Positions 10,133 to 20,344 of a stretch of 24,996 bases of DNA are shown in pieces. The notes under the pieces are model-generated. The model saw nothing but the letters and a program-made list of their open reading frames with translations, was not told the DNA's origin and made no database searches. The position numbers were made by a program, and so were the translations under genes. The first letter of the stretch is position 1, and each line of letters begins with the position of its first letter. Source of the DNA: Octopus sinensis (Eukaryota); the NCBI RefSeq assembly GCF_006345805.1, contig NW_021836211.1, forward strand, positions 1-24,996, in the 5' to 3' direction.

Positions 10133-13112
10133 TAACTTAGAATAACTTAGAAAGGCTTTTGCCAGTATTGGCCCAGGCCATGTCTAACTTAATAGCACCA
10201 CCTGGCGAAGTCTTTCAATTCAGGATTTGGGCACTGAGGCCCATTCGAGCAGAGAGTTATTGTTTGCGGAGACATATCCGGGTGTGGGTGGTTTGTCCGG
10301 GACTGTTTGAAGGAATTTGTCCAATAACTTCTTGAATTTTGTGTGGTCAGTTTCTGTTTTGACGTGTCCTGGTGTAATGTTGAAGAGAGCGGGTCCAATT
10401 GAGGTGAAATAGTTGTGCCGTATTGTCGTTATGTGATGCGATTTAGATTTTTGTTGTGGACGGATGGCACGTGGTCCAAGCCTTGGATGCATTTTGAAGG
10501 TGATGCCAACATCATTCGGACAGTGCTGATGGAATATTTTCCACATCATACAGATAATGTAGCGTTCACGGCGTCGTTGGAGTGAAAACAGTTTCAGCTT
10601 CTCTAGTTTACCCCAGTAGTCAAGGTCTGACATGCCATCTACCTTTTTTGTGATTGACCTTTGGGGAGCTTCAATTCTCATGATATTTTGTTTTGTGTAG
10701 GGAGACCACAGTGGACAGCAGTATTCAAGGTGGGGTCGGGCAAAATTGGAGAAGAGAAGGATAATGGTGTGGGAATCTCTCGACTGGAAGGTTCTGAGAA
10801 TCCAGGAACACATTCTGCGGGCCATATCAACTTTGCTGCTTATATGTGTAGCCCAGCTTATGTTGTTGTCCACTGTTACTCCCAAGTCTCTGATGTTGTT
10901 AGACGCCATGAGAATTTCTCCAGAAGGAAGGGAGTATGGGAGTTTTAGAGCGTCCTCCCTTCCAAAGTGGATCAGTTCGAATTTGTCTTCGTTTAGTAAC
11001 ATGTTATTTTTCCGCCCATTGGAGAACAGCCAGTAGGTCTGACTGAAGGCTTATTCGGTCATCCACGCCATTGATGACCTTCTGGAGCTTGGAATCATCA
11101 GCGAAAGTTCTGAGTTATTGTGTTTGATGGTGTCAGTAATATCATTTATGTAGATGATGAAGAGAAGTGGGTCCAACACAGTGCCTTGTGGGACACCACT
11201 GCTGACTTTGGCTGGGCTGGATTTGACTCCTTCGACTACAACATGTTGGGTTCTGTTAGACAGGAAGCACTTGATCCACTGCAGCAGCTTTCCAGTGACA
11301 CCAATATTGGATAGCTTTCTCAAAAGGATCTTATGATCAACCCTGTCAAAGGCCTTGCTGAAATCAAGGAAGATGACATCAGTGTTGGAACCCTCTCCCA
11401 AGGCTCTCAAAACGTCATCAAAATGATGCAGTAGCTGCGTCAGGCAATCCCTTCCATTACGGAATACATGCTGGTTGGAGTTCAGCATATCATGACTCTC
11501 AAGGAAGTGAGCCATACGCGATCTCAGCACTCTCTCAAATACCATAATGATATGAGAGGTGAGTGAGATTGGACGGTAATTCACGGCAAGCGATTTGTTT
11601 CCTTTTTTGAAAACTGGGAATACAAACTGGGATAGGTCTTCTGGTATATATCCAGCATCCAGTGAGTTCCGCCACAGATTGGCTCGAGTGGGTGCAAGTT
11701 GGTGTTGACACATCTTCAAGACACAAGCAGGGAACCTATCGGGACCTACTGCTGATTTATGCTTCATTTCCTTTATTGCTGCTAAGACATCAGTAGCACC
11801 AAAGGTTATGTCCGATAAAGTGTATTGGGGAGTAACATCACTGATACAGACCAGATCAGTCATATCAGGATTGCTGAAAACAGAGCAGTATTGTTTCTGC
11901 AATATCTCTCCCATGGTTTTGGCATTGTCTTGAAGAGTACTATTTTCATCAATCAGAGGGCCAACAGTAGAACCAGTGACTCTGTGTATTTTTGCAAATG
12001 AAAAGAACACTTTGTGATTGAGTTTGATCTCTCAATGGCCCAGGCCTCTTCAGCTCTTCTCTGACTATTGATGATAGACATCATGTTGTTTTGGAGTTTA
12101 TGTTTTTTAATCTCTAGCGACGAGATGGCAGTCAGGTTGGTGTGGTTGTTGACAGTATTTCAGCTCGTTGATTTTTTTTGTTAATTCTTTAATTTTCCTG
12201 ATGAGATATTTTCTATTTCTAGGGATTCGACACTTAGATTTGTTTGCAGATCTTAATGGGGTGTGGTTTGCACATATGTTCGTAATGGTGTCTACAAATG
12301 ACTGCCAGGACTTTTTGATGTTAGTGGGTGTGTATGTGTGCGTGAAGGACCAATCGACTTGTGCAAGATCATTATTGATCGCTTCCCAGTTTGCATTGTG
12401 GAAATCCATAGTGTCAAATGGATGAACAGGAGGGATGACATTTGTTTTGCATTTTGGCCGGTGAAATCTCAGATCACAGAGAACCATGTCATGGTCGGAG
12501 AGTAGGGTTTTCTCCACTGCAATATTGTGGATAGTATCAGTGTGATTGCTGAAAATTAAGTCTAAGACGTTTTTGTGACATCTCGTTGGTTCGAGCACCA
12601 GTTGGGACAGGAAGAAATCATCCATGAAGTCAAGAAGCGATTCCACTGCCTCCCTGTCAGGGGTTGAGAGAGAAGAACCTGGCGGCAGACTGTTTGTAGA
12701 CCAGTCAACCCGGGAAGGTTGAAGTCTCCCGTCATTAAAATGTTGTCAGATTGACACTGCTGAATGAAACACTTTATGTTGTTGAGGCATTCCTTGAAGC
12801 ATGGTAGGGGCGTTTGGGGTGGTCTGTAGAGCCCAACTACTGTGAAGTTGTTGGTTTGACTGAATATAGCGACTGCTTCGCAGTATCCATTGGAAAATAT
12901 GTTCATAGCTTCTGTTGAGAATGAATCATGAACATAAATGGCAGTCCCACCCTTTCTTCTGCCAGCACGATCAGCATGAATGGCTTTGAATTTTTAACTT
13001 TCACCTCGGCTTCCAAGTGGAGGTCACTAAGATGGGTTTCAGTGAGGACGAAGAAAGGGATGTGGTTTGGATGGGCATCGATCCAGTCCTCCAGGAATTT
13101 TATCTTCCATTT

Positions 13113-13115
<3 letters not shown>
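10131..13115 (-). mobile_element. CR1/L2-group LINE, near-complete ORF2, 5'-truncated, multiply frameshifted
   Basis: APE endonuclease motifs on the minus strand: FVLTETHL, DRAGRRKGGTAIYV, GLYRPP, GDFNLP, PTR...LDLIF, SDHD. RT motifs: NYRPISLTS, DFSKAFDRVDH, GVPQGTVLDPLLF, and FADD (frameshifted, 11094-11105). C-terminal LFSLQRRRERY. The short 3' UTR ends in tandem TTCTAAGTTA repeats. Confidence 0.93.
10220..13110 (-). pseudogene. Disrupted endonuclease/reverse-transcriptase ORF2 of CR1-group LINE
   Basis: Track ORFs 12562-12906, 12107-12646, 11051-12010 and 10220-11002 join into one EN-RT protein when small frameshifts are allowed. Confidence 0.9.
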
Positions 13116-13183
<68 letters not shown>

Positions 13184-13258
13184 CATAGGTATATACCTAC
13201 ATATATATATATAAAATTATAAATTTATGAATATATATATAAATACATATATATAATA

Positions 13259-13289
<31 letters not shown>

Positions 13290-13335
13290 CAGAAATACAT
13301 GCATTCATACATATACACGTGTATATACCCACATA
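13116..13335. repeat. (AT)n microsatellite
   Basis: Direct reading; abuts the truncated 5' end of the CR1-group LINE. Confidence 0.93.
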
Positions 13336-13685
13336 CGCATATATACTATCTAAAACAAAAGAAAACCTGATCATGTCCAAAGGGTAGTACTAGATATGGT
13401 GAGTACTTTACATAGTTTTCGGGTGTAATTAAATGTAAATTATAATGTTTATTTGTTAAAGTGAACAGCAGAAAATTTGCATGCGTATGTTTGTATCTTC
13501 CTGCGCGAATGCAAGTGTGCCCTTCGCATCAAAAACAAACGCGCCTACATCTTAAACTGTCATGCCTTTTATCAATATGTCAAGGGAAGTAACTCTAAAA
13601 GTTGATTTTCAGTTATCTCCCTTACTGATGTAGTTAAAAGAATATAAACTTTTCTGGTTATTTTCTATTTTACACACTTAATTTT

Positions 13686-13850
13686 TCAATTATTTGACTG
13701 CGGCCATGGTGGAGCAATGCCTTTATTCGTGCAAATCTACCCCAGGACTTATTCTTTGTAGGCCTAGTATTTAAACTATCGGTCCCTTTTCCCGAACCGC
13801 TAAGTTCGGGGAATTGTACACACCAGCACCCGTTGTCCAACGATGTTCGA
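13686..13850 (-). mobile_element. SINE family 2, 3' portion
   Basis: TTTGACTGCGGCCATG...GGACTTATTCTTTGTA...CCGAACCGCTAAG...ACACCAGC. Further copies at 13950, 20090, 20345 and 21885. Confidence 0.75.
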
Positions 13851-13867
13851 GAAATAAACAGACATTA

Positions 13868-13948
<81 letters not shown>
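13868..13948. repeat. (CA)n(TA)n microsatellite
   Basis: Direct reading. Confidence 0.9.
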
Positions 13949-13949
13949 T

Positions 13950-14105
13950 CCATGCCGCAGCAGCGCCTTTATTCGCGAAATTCGAACCCAATACTTATTT
14001 TTTGTAGGCCTAGTATTTAATCTATTTTCTCTTTTGACGAAACGCTAAGTTACGGGGACATGAACACACCAGCACCGGTTGTCAAGCGGTGTCGGGGGAT
14101 AAACA
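13950..14105 (-). mobile_element. SINE family 2, diverged copy
   Basis: GTAGGCCTAGTATTT...GAAACGCTAAGTTACGGGGAC...ACACCAGCACCGGTTGTCAAGCG. Confidence 0.65.
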
Positions 14106-14116
14106 GACATACAAAC

Positions 14117-14117
<1 letters not shown>

Positions 14118-14176
<59 letters not shown>
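14118..14176. repeat. (TA)n microsatellite
   Basis: Direct reading. Confidence 0.9.
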
Positions 14177-14180
<4 letters not shown>

Positions 14181-14260
14181 CTGTCAATAATATTCTTGTT
14201 TGGAAATACTAAATACATCATAAACTATGTACTACAGACATTACACAACATATGTACTAT

Positions 14261-15060
14261 ATTTTATAAGCGATTTAAAAAAAACCACAAAAACCGTTAG
14301 ATTCACTTCAACATTTCATTTTAATTTGTTGAAATCTTTTCGTCACTTTCCGACCGTGACCTGTTCACTGACAAAGCTTCATATGTATATATATATATAT
14401 ATATACATATATATATTACGGAGATGTACTTGCATAGCAAGTGACTTGATCTGAGATCGTGTGCTGGAACGAAAATAATTGCAGCGTGGAAGGTGTTTAT
14501 AAGCGATTTAAGAAACACACAAAAACCGTTAGATTCACTTCAACATTTCAATTGATTTTGTTCAAATCTTTTCCTCACTTTCCGACCGTGACCTGTTCAC
14601 TGACAAAGCTTCATATGTATATATATATATATATACATTATATATATATATATTACGGAGACGTACTTGCATAGCAAGTGACTTGATCTGAGATCGTGTG
14701 CTGGAACGAAAACAATTGCAGCGTGGAAGGTGTTATAAGCGATTTAAGAAACACACAAAAACCGTTAGATTCACTTCAACATTTCAATTGAATTTGTTCA
14801 AATCTTTTCCTCACTTTCCGACCGTGACCTGTTCACTGACAAAGCTTCATATGTATATATATATTATATATATATACATATATATATATATTACGGAGAT
14901 GTACTTGCATAGCAAGTGACTTGATCTGAGATCGTGTGCTGGAACGAAAACAATTGCAGCGTGGAAGGTGTTTATAAGCGATTTAAGAAACACACAAAAA
15001 CCGTTAGATTCACTTCAACATTTCAATTGAATTTTTTCAAATCTTTTCGTCGCTTTCAAA
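14261..15060. repeat. Tandem array of ~235-bp units, each containing an (AT)n spacer
   Basis: TTATAAGCGATTTAA recurs at about 14264, 14497, 14733 and 14972. Confidence 0.92.
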
Positions 15061-15437
15061 CGGCGACCTACATTGTCCTGTCAGATTCAGGTGGATTGAT
15101 CGGTTCTGCGACCCCTTTCGGGTGAATTAGAGGTCGTTCTAAACACCCCTTGAAGAGAAGGACAGGCAGAGAGTATGGTAGAGCTGTCATGAGAGGGTGA
15201 TAGGTAGCAGGCGATAGAGATAGAGTAAGGAATCTTATAGCAGATAGAGAGGGTATTGGCAGTAAGAGGGGATGAGGGGCGGAGAGAAGAAAAGTAGTGA
15301 GAGAGATAGAGTATAAGGCTAAGGGACAGATGTGAGTTTCTTAAATCGCTTATAAACACCTTCCACGCTGCAATTATTTTCGTTCCAGCACACGATCTCA
15401 GACCAGGTCACTTGCTATGCAAGTACATCTCCGTAAT
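14891..15437. mobile_element. MITE-like non-autonomous DNA element with ~105-bp terminal inverted repeats
   Basis: 14891-14997 (TTACGGAGATGTACTTGC...GATTTAAGAAACACACA) is the reverse complement of 15331-15436 with few mismatches. The termini read TA-CGG...CCG-TA, and there is no coding capacity inside. Confidence 0.6.
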
Positions 15438-15689
15438 GTACTTTATTGCTACACAGAAATAAGTAAAAAAAAAAAAAAAAAACAAGAAAAAACATTTTCT
15501 AGTAAAAAAATTGTTTTATTGAATTAGAAAAAAATTCATTTTAATTAACAATAAAACAAATCAGTAAATCCGGGAATCTTGTTAGTGTTTGTTGTTGTAT
15601 TGGTTGCAGTACTGGTACTATCATTGGTATTGTCTTGGTGGTAGTTGTTCCTAGGGCTTCTCATGTTGCTGTAACTAGTAGTAGTAGTA

Positions 15690-16072
15690 ATTAGTTAGTT
15701 AATTAGTTAGTTAGTTAGTTCATTTTTGGCTCAAAAAGCAAAAAGCAAGGCCATGTAGGGGGGACATGGAGTTATGTACAGGGTGGTGTTCATGTAAAGA
15801 GTTCAGGTCATTTCTGGTCAAGGGAGACTTTGAACCGAGCGGTCGTCAGCATCTTCACCATCTCGTCCGGAAGCTTGTTCCACGGATCCGCAACCCGGAC
15901 GGAGAAAGACCCTCTCCTTCGACTGAGATGAGATCGTCGCAGATAGAGCTTTTCGGAGTGACCCCGCAACCTACGCTCTGGATCAGGAGTGAAGAACAGC
16001 TCTTTCGAGAGGTTACACTTTCCGCTTATGATGTTGTGAGCAAGAATGAGATCACCACGGCGTCGTCTAGGG
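15690..16072 (-). mobile_element. CR1-group LINE 3' fragment (family B) with (AACT)n tail
   Basis: The minus strand translates RRRRGDLILAHNII...RLRGHSEKL...SFSVRVADPWNKLPDEMV...FKVSLD, a typical CR1 ORF2 C-terminus. The plus strand shows (TTAG)n at about 15690-15720. Confidence 0.85.
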
Positions 16073-16920
16073 GGTATGGAGAAAATCAGGTGTAGTGTTG
16101 GTGAATCTCAGGAAGCATGGAAGTTTTGAAGGATGCAGTGCTCCGACAACTAAAAACTGATGCCGGCAGTTTGTTCCATGCTTGTGTGTGTATGGAGGGG
16201 AGAAGATCAGGTGTAGTGTTGGCGAATCTCAGGAAGCATGGACGTTTTGAAGGATGCAGTGCTCCGACAACTAACAACTGATACCGGCAGTTTGTTCCAT
16301 GCCTCAGTGTGTGTATGGAGGGGAGAAGATCAGGTGTAGTGTTGGCGAATCTCAGGAAGCATGGACGTTTTGAAGGATGCAGTGCTCCGACAACTAACAA
16401 CTGATGCCGGCAGTTTGTACCATGCTTGTGTGTGTATGGATGGGAGAAAATGAAGTGTAGTGTTGGTGAATCTCAGGAAGCATGGAAGTTTTGAAGGATG
16501 CAGTGCTCCGACAACTAACACTGATGCCGGCAGTTTGTTCCATGCTTCAGCGTGTGTATGGATGGGAGAAAATCAAGTGTAGTGTTGGCGAATCTCAGGA
16601 AGCATGGAAGTTTTGAAGGATGCAGTGCTCCGACAACTAACAACTGATGCCGGCAGTTTGTTCCATGCTTCAGCGTGTGTATGTAGCGGAGAAAATCAGG
16701 TGTAGTGTTGGCTAATCTCAGGAAGCATGGAAGTTTTGAAGGATGCAGTGCTCCGACAACTAACAACTGATGCCGGCAGTTTGTTTCATGCTTCAGCGTG
16801 TGTATGGAAGGGACAAATCAGGTGTAGTGTTGGCTAATCTCAGGAAGCATGGAAGTTTTGAAGGATGCAGTGCTCCGATAACTAACAACTGATGCCGGCA
16901 GTTTGTTCCATGCTTCAGCA
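16073..16920 (-). repeat. Seven tandem copies of the terminal ~122 bp of a CR1-group LINE
   Basis: GTGTAGTGTTGG recurs at 16090, 16211, 16334, 16455, 16577, 16700 and 16822. The unit encodes AWNKLPASVVSCRSTASFKTSMLPEIRQHYT-stop plus a short UTR. Confidence 0.95.
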
Positions 16921-17470
16921 ACTCTCAGCGTGAAAAAATGTTTCCTGAAGTCATGGGAGCTGTGCTGTTTTCTGACTTTCTAAATATGACCACGGGTGTT
17001 AGATGGGTGGAGTTTGAAAAGGTGCTCAGAGTTATTGTTTCTAAGATGGTTAATAATTTTATGGGTGTCTGCCAAGTCAGCTGCCAGACGTCGGAGTTTC
17101 AATGTATCCATGCCCAGGGAAGTAAGGCGTTCAGAATATGGCAAATTCCTGATGGAGGGTATTCTTTTGGTTGCACATCGCTGAACGGCTTCCAGACGAT
17201 TGATATCCTGGGCAAGAAAGGGGTTCCAGACCGGTGATGCAAATTGCAGGTGAGATCTTACCATAGCTATATAAAGCCGCAGATAGATAGTCGGAGAGCG
17301 GCTCACAAAGGACTTGGTGAGTGATGCCAAGAACCCTCAGCCTTCTTGGCAATTTTAGCAATGTGTTTTGTCCAACACGAATCTCTGTCGACAATAATAC
17401 CCAGGTCACGTTCACAAGAAGACTTTTTGAGATTAGTGTTGTGGTGGGAGTAATTGGACGCTGGGTAGTA
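16800..17470 (-). mobile_element. CR1-group LINE 3' fragment (family A), 5'-truncated
   Basis: CERDLGIIVD...LYIAMVRSHLQFASPVWNP...LEAVQRCATKRIP...YSERL...LRRLAADL...NTRGH...FFTLRVAEAWNKLP. Confidence 0.9.
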
Positions 17471-17643
17471 AAAAATATATATAAAAGAAGGAAGGAAAAT
17501 CAATGTTTTTTCGTCCTCTCTTCCGTTGTCACTTTCCATGATGAATATTTTAATTATTATTGTTGAAGCTGTTGTCATCGTCTTAATTCTTGTTCTTGCA
17601 TTTGTTGCTGTTGTTGTTATAGCAATTGCTGCTGATTTTATTG

Positions 17644-17932
17644 TGCGCCCTTTTCAAGCCTAGCCTAACCCTAACCCTCATGGGCCCGGTTCCCGGTTTC
17701 TGTGGCGTATGTGTTCCCCCACCCTCTGCGTTACCCAAGAAACAGGAAGAAAGTATGAGAGAAAGTTGGGGCGAAAAAGTAGAACAGGGGGTCGCCACCG
17801 ACCCCTGCCGGAGCCTCGTGGAGCTTTTAGGTGTTTTCGCTCAATAAACACACACAACGCCCGGTCTGGGAATCGAAACCGCGATCCTCCGACCACGAAT
17901 CCGCTGCCCTAACCACTGGGCCATTGCGCCTC
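17644..17932 (-). mobile_element. tRNA-derived SINE family 3, copy S1 (tail A)
   Basis: Minus-strand head GAGGCGCAATGGCCCAGTGGTTAGGGCAGCGGA...GGTTTCGATTCCC (A and B boxes). The tail ends GGCTTGAAAAGGGCGC. Confidence 0.8.
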
Positions 17933-17933
17933 A

Positions 17934-17983
<50 letters not shown>

Positions 17984-17985
<2 letters not shown>

Positions 17986-18260
17986 CACCGTGATCGACCA
18001 GGCTATCAGATGTTGTTACACATCGCTGGTCACAATGCCCTTCGCATTGTTTAAGCCTTCGAATGACGCCACCCCGCTGGCTAGGCGAGCAGGCCAACAG
18101 AAGAAAGAGTACAACAGGGGTCGCCAGCGACCCCTGCCGGAGCCTCGTGGAGCTTTTAGGTGTTTTCGCTCAATAAACACACAACGACCGGTCTGGGAAT
18201 CGAAACCGCGATCCTCCGACCTCGAGTCCGCTGCCCTAACCACTGGGCCATTGCGCCTCC
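17984..18260 (-). mobile_element. SINE family 3, copy S2 (tail B) followed by (TA)n
   Basis: Same head and core as S1, then a different tail ...GCCTGGTCGATCACGGTGT running into (TA)n at 17937-17983. Confidence 0.8.
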
Positions 18261-18271
18261 ACAAAATAATT

Positions 18272-18467
18272 TCGCCCTTTTCAAGCCTAGCCGGGCTCGT
18301 GGGCCCGGTTTCCCGGTTTCTGTGGCGTATGTGTTCCCTCCCCTCCTCAGCGTTACCCAAGAAACAGAAAGAGAGAGTGAGAAAAAGTTGTGGCAAATGA
18401 GTACAACAGGGGTCGCCACCGACCCCTGCCGGAGTCTCGTAGAGCTTTTAGGCATTTTCGCTCAATT
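18272..18467 (-). mobile_element. SINE family 3, copy S3 (tail A, headless)
   Basis: Matches 17645-17845 and lacks the tRNA head. Confidence 0.75.
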
Positions 18468-18470
18468 GAA

Positions 18471-19297
18471 GCACTCCGTCGGTTACGACGACGAGGGTTC
18501 CGTTTGATCCGAATCAACGGAACAGCCTGCTCGTGAAATTAACGTGTAAGTGGCTGAGCACTCCACAGACACGTGCACCCTTAACGTAGTTCTCGGGGAT
18601 ATTCAGCGTGACACAGAGAGTGACAAGCCGGCCCTTTGAAATACAGGTACAACAGAAACAGGAAGTAAGAGTGAGAGAAAGTTGTGGTTTTAAGAGTACA
18701 ACAGGGGTCCCCACAATCCCCTGCAGGAGCACTCCGTCGGTTACGACGATGAGAGTTCCGGTTGATCCGAATCAACGGAACAGCCTGCACGTGAAATTAA
18801 CGTGTAAGTGGCTGAGCACTCCACAGACACGTGCACCCTTAACGGAGTTCTCGGGGATATTCAGCGTGACACAGAGAGTGACAAGGCCGGCCCTTTGAAA
18901 TACAGGTACAACAGAAACAGGAAGTAAGAGTGAGAGAAAGTTGTGGTGAAAGAGTACAACAGGGGTCCCCACAATCCCCTGCAGGAGCACTCCGTCGGTT
19001 ACGACGATGAGAGTTCCGGTTGATCCGAATCAACGGAACAGCCTGCACGTGAAATTAACGTGTAAGTGGCTGAGCACTCCACAGACACGTGCACCCTTAA
19101 CGGAGTTCTCGGGGATATTCAGCGTGACACAGAGAGTGACAAGGCCGGCCCTTTGAAATACAGGTACAACAGAAACAGGAAGAAAGAGTGAGAGAAAGTT
19201 GTGGTGAGAGAGTACAACAGGGGTCGCCACCGACCCCTGCCGGAGCCTCGTGGAGCTTTTAGGTGTTTTCGCTCAATAAACACTCACAACTCCCGGT
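18471..19297 (-). repeat. SINE family 3, copy S4 (tail C), with its 3' 258 bp repeated three times
   Basis: GCACTCCGTCGGTTACGACGA at 18471, 18729 and 18987 (period 258). Confidence 0.9.
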
Positions 19298-19507
19298 ACA
19301 ACAGGTACAACAGAAACAGGAAGTAAGAGTGAGAGAAAGTTGTGGCAAATGAGTACAACAGGCGTCGCCACCACCCCCTGCCGGAGCCTCGTGGAGCTTT
19401 TAGGCGTATTCGCTCAATAAACACACACAACGCCCGGTCTGGGAATCAAAACCGCGATCCTCCGACCACGAGTCCGCTGCCCTAACCACTGGGCCATTGC
19501 GCCTCCA
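19298..19507 (-). mobile_element. SINE family 3, copy S5 (head plus core, tail lost)
   Basis: Intact tRNA-like head at about 19435-19507; joins S4 at CCGGTAC. Confidence 0.75.
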
Positions 19508-19525
19508 CATGTGTATATATATATA

Positions 19526-19754
19526 GGCTGGCTCTTTGAAATACAGGTACAACAGAAACAGGAAGTAAGAGCGAGAGAAAGTTGTGGTGAAAGAGTACAA
19601 CAGGGGTCGGTCGCCACCGACCCCTGCCGGAGCCTCGTGGAGCTTTTAGGCGTTTTCGCTCAATAAACACACACAACGCCCGGTCTGGGAATCGAAACCG
19701 CGATCCTCCGACCACGAGTCCGCTGCCCTAACCACCGGGCCATTGCGCATCCAC
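19526..19754 (-). mobile_element. SINE family 3, copy S6 (head, core, start of tail C)
   Basis: Head at about 19680-19754; tail C truncated at TTTCAAAGAGCCAGCC. Confidence 0.75.
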
Positions 19755-19897
19755 TGCAGTTTTTTTTTTAGTGTTCTTGCTATTGCTGGAGTCGCCGAGA
19801 ATTCAAATAGCTTTGTGCTTGTTGTTGTTGTTGTTGTTGTAGGTGTGTTTCAATGAAAATTCAATAAAAGTAGATGTGGAAGGAACATTGGTGGAGC

Positions 19898-19981
19898 TTA
19901 AAAGACTTCGTCCTGTTTCGGGTGCACAGTAAAGGCTCCGCGGCCCCGGAAGTACTTGGACCCTTTATCGAGAGCAGTCGA
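19898..19981 (-). CDS. Candidate terminal coding exon of an unknown host gene (STALDKGSKYFRGRGAFTVHPKQDEVF-stop if phase 0)
   Basis: On the minus strand a long T tract ends TTTTTTGCAG at 19982, followed by a GC-richer, non-repeated 84-nt open frame ending TAA. No homology is recognised and no upstream exon was found. Confidence 0.2.
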   Translation of the reverse strand, partial: STALDKGSKYFRGRGAFTVHPKQDEVF

Positions 19982-20089
19982 CTGCAAAAAACAACAAAAA
20001 AAAAACGAAAAAAAAAAAATAAATAAATAAAAAGCAATAAAAAACGTAAAACTGTTTCAATTCCATTTTTGTAATGAAAAAAAAATTCG

Positions 20090-20230
20090 TTTCAGTCATT
20101 TCACTGCGGCCATGCTGGAGCACCGCCTGCCTTTAGCCGAGCAAATCGACCCCGGGACTTATTCTTTGTAAGCCCAGTACTTATTCTATCGGTCTCTCTT
20201 TGCTGAACCGCTAAGTAACGCTAGGGTGGG
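20090..20230 (-). mobile_element. SINE family 2, 3' portion
   Basis: TTTCAGTCATTTCACTGCGGCCATGCTGGAGCACCGCC...GAACCGCTAAGTAAC. Confidence 0.75.
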
Positions 20231-20344
20231 ACAAACACAGACACACAAACACAGACACACACACACATATATATATACATATATACGACAGGCTTCTTTC
20301 AGTTTCCGTCTACCAAATCCACTCACAAGGCTTTATATATATAT

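Noticed and set aside
13370-13410. Donor-like ATG/GTGAGT at about 13397
   Set aside because: No convincing upstream acceptor or coding signal.
16086-16920. Regular repeats resembling a CRISPR array or a repeat-protein gene
   Set aside because: No unique spacers and a eukaryotic context; the unit is the CR1 C-terminus and contains a stop codon.
17860-19754. tRNA-like sequences as tRNA genes
   Set aside because: No complete acceptor stem or T terminator; each continues into a SINE body.
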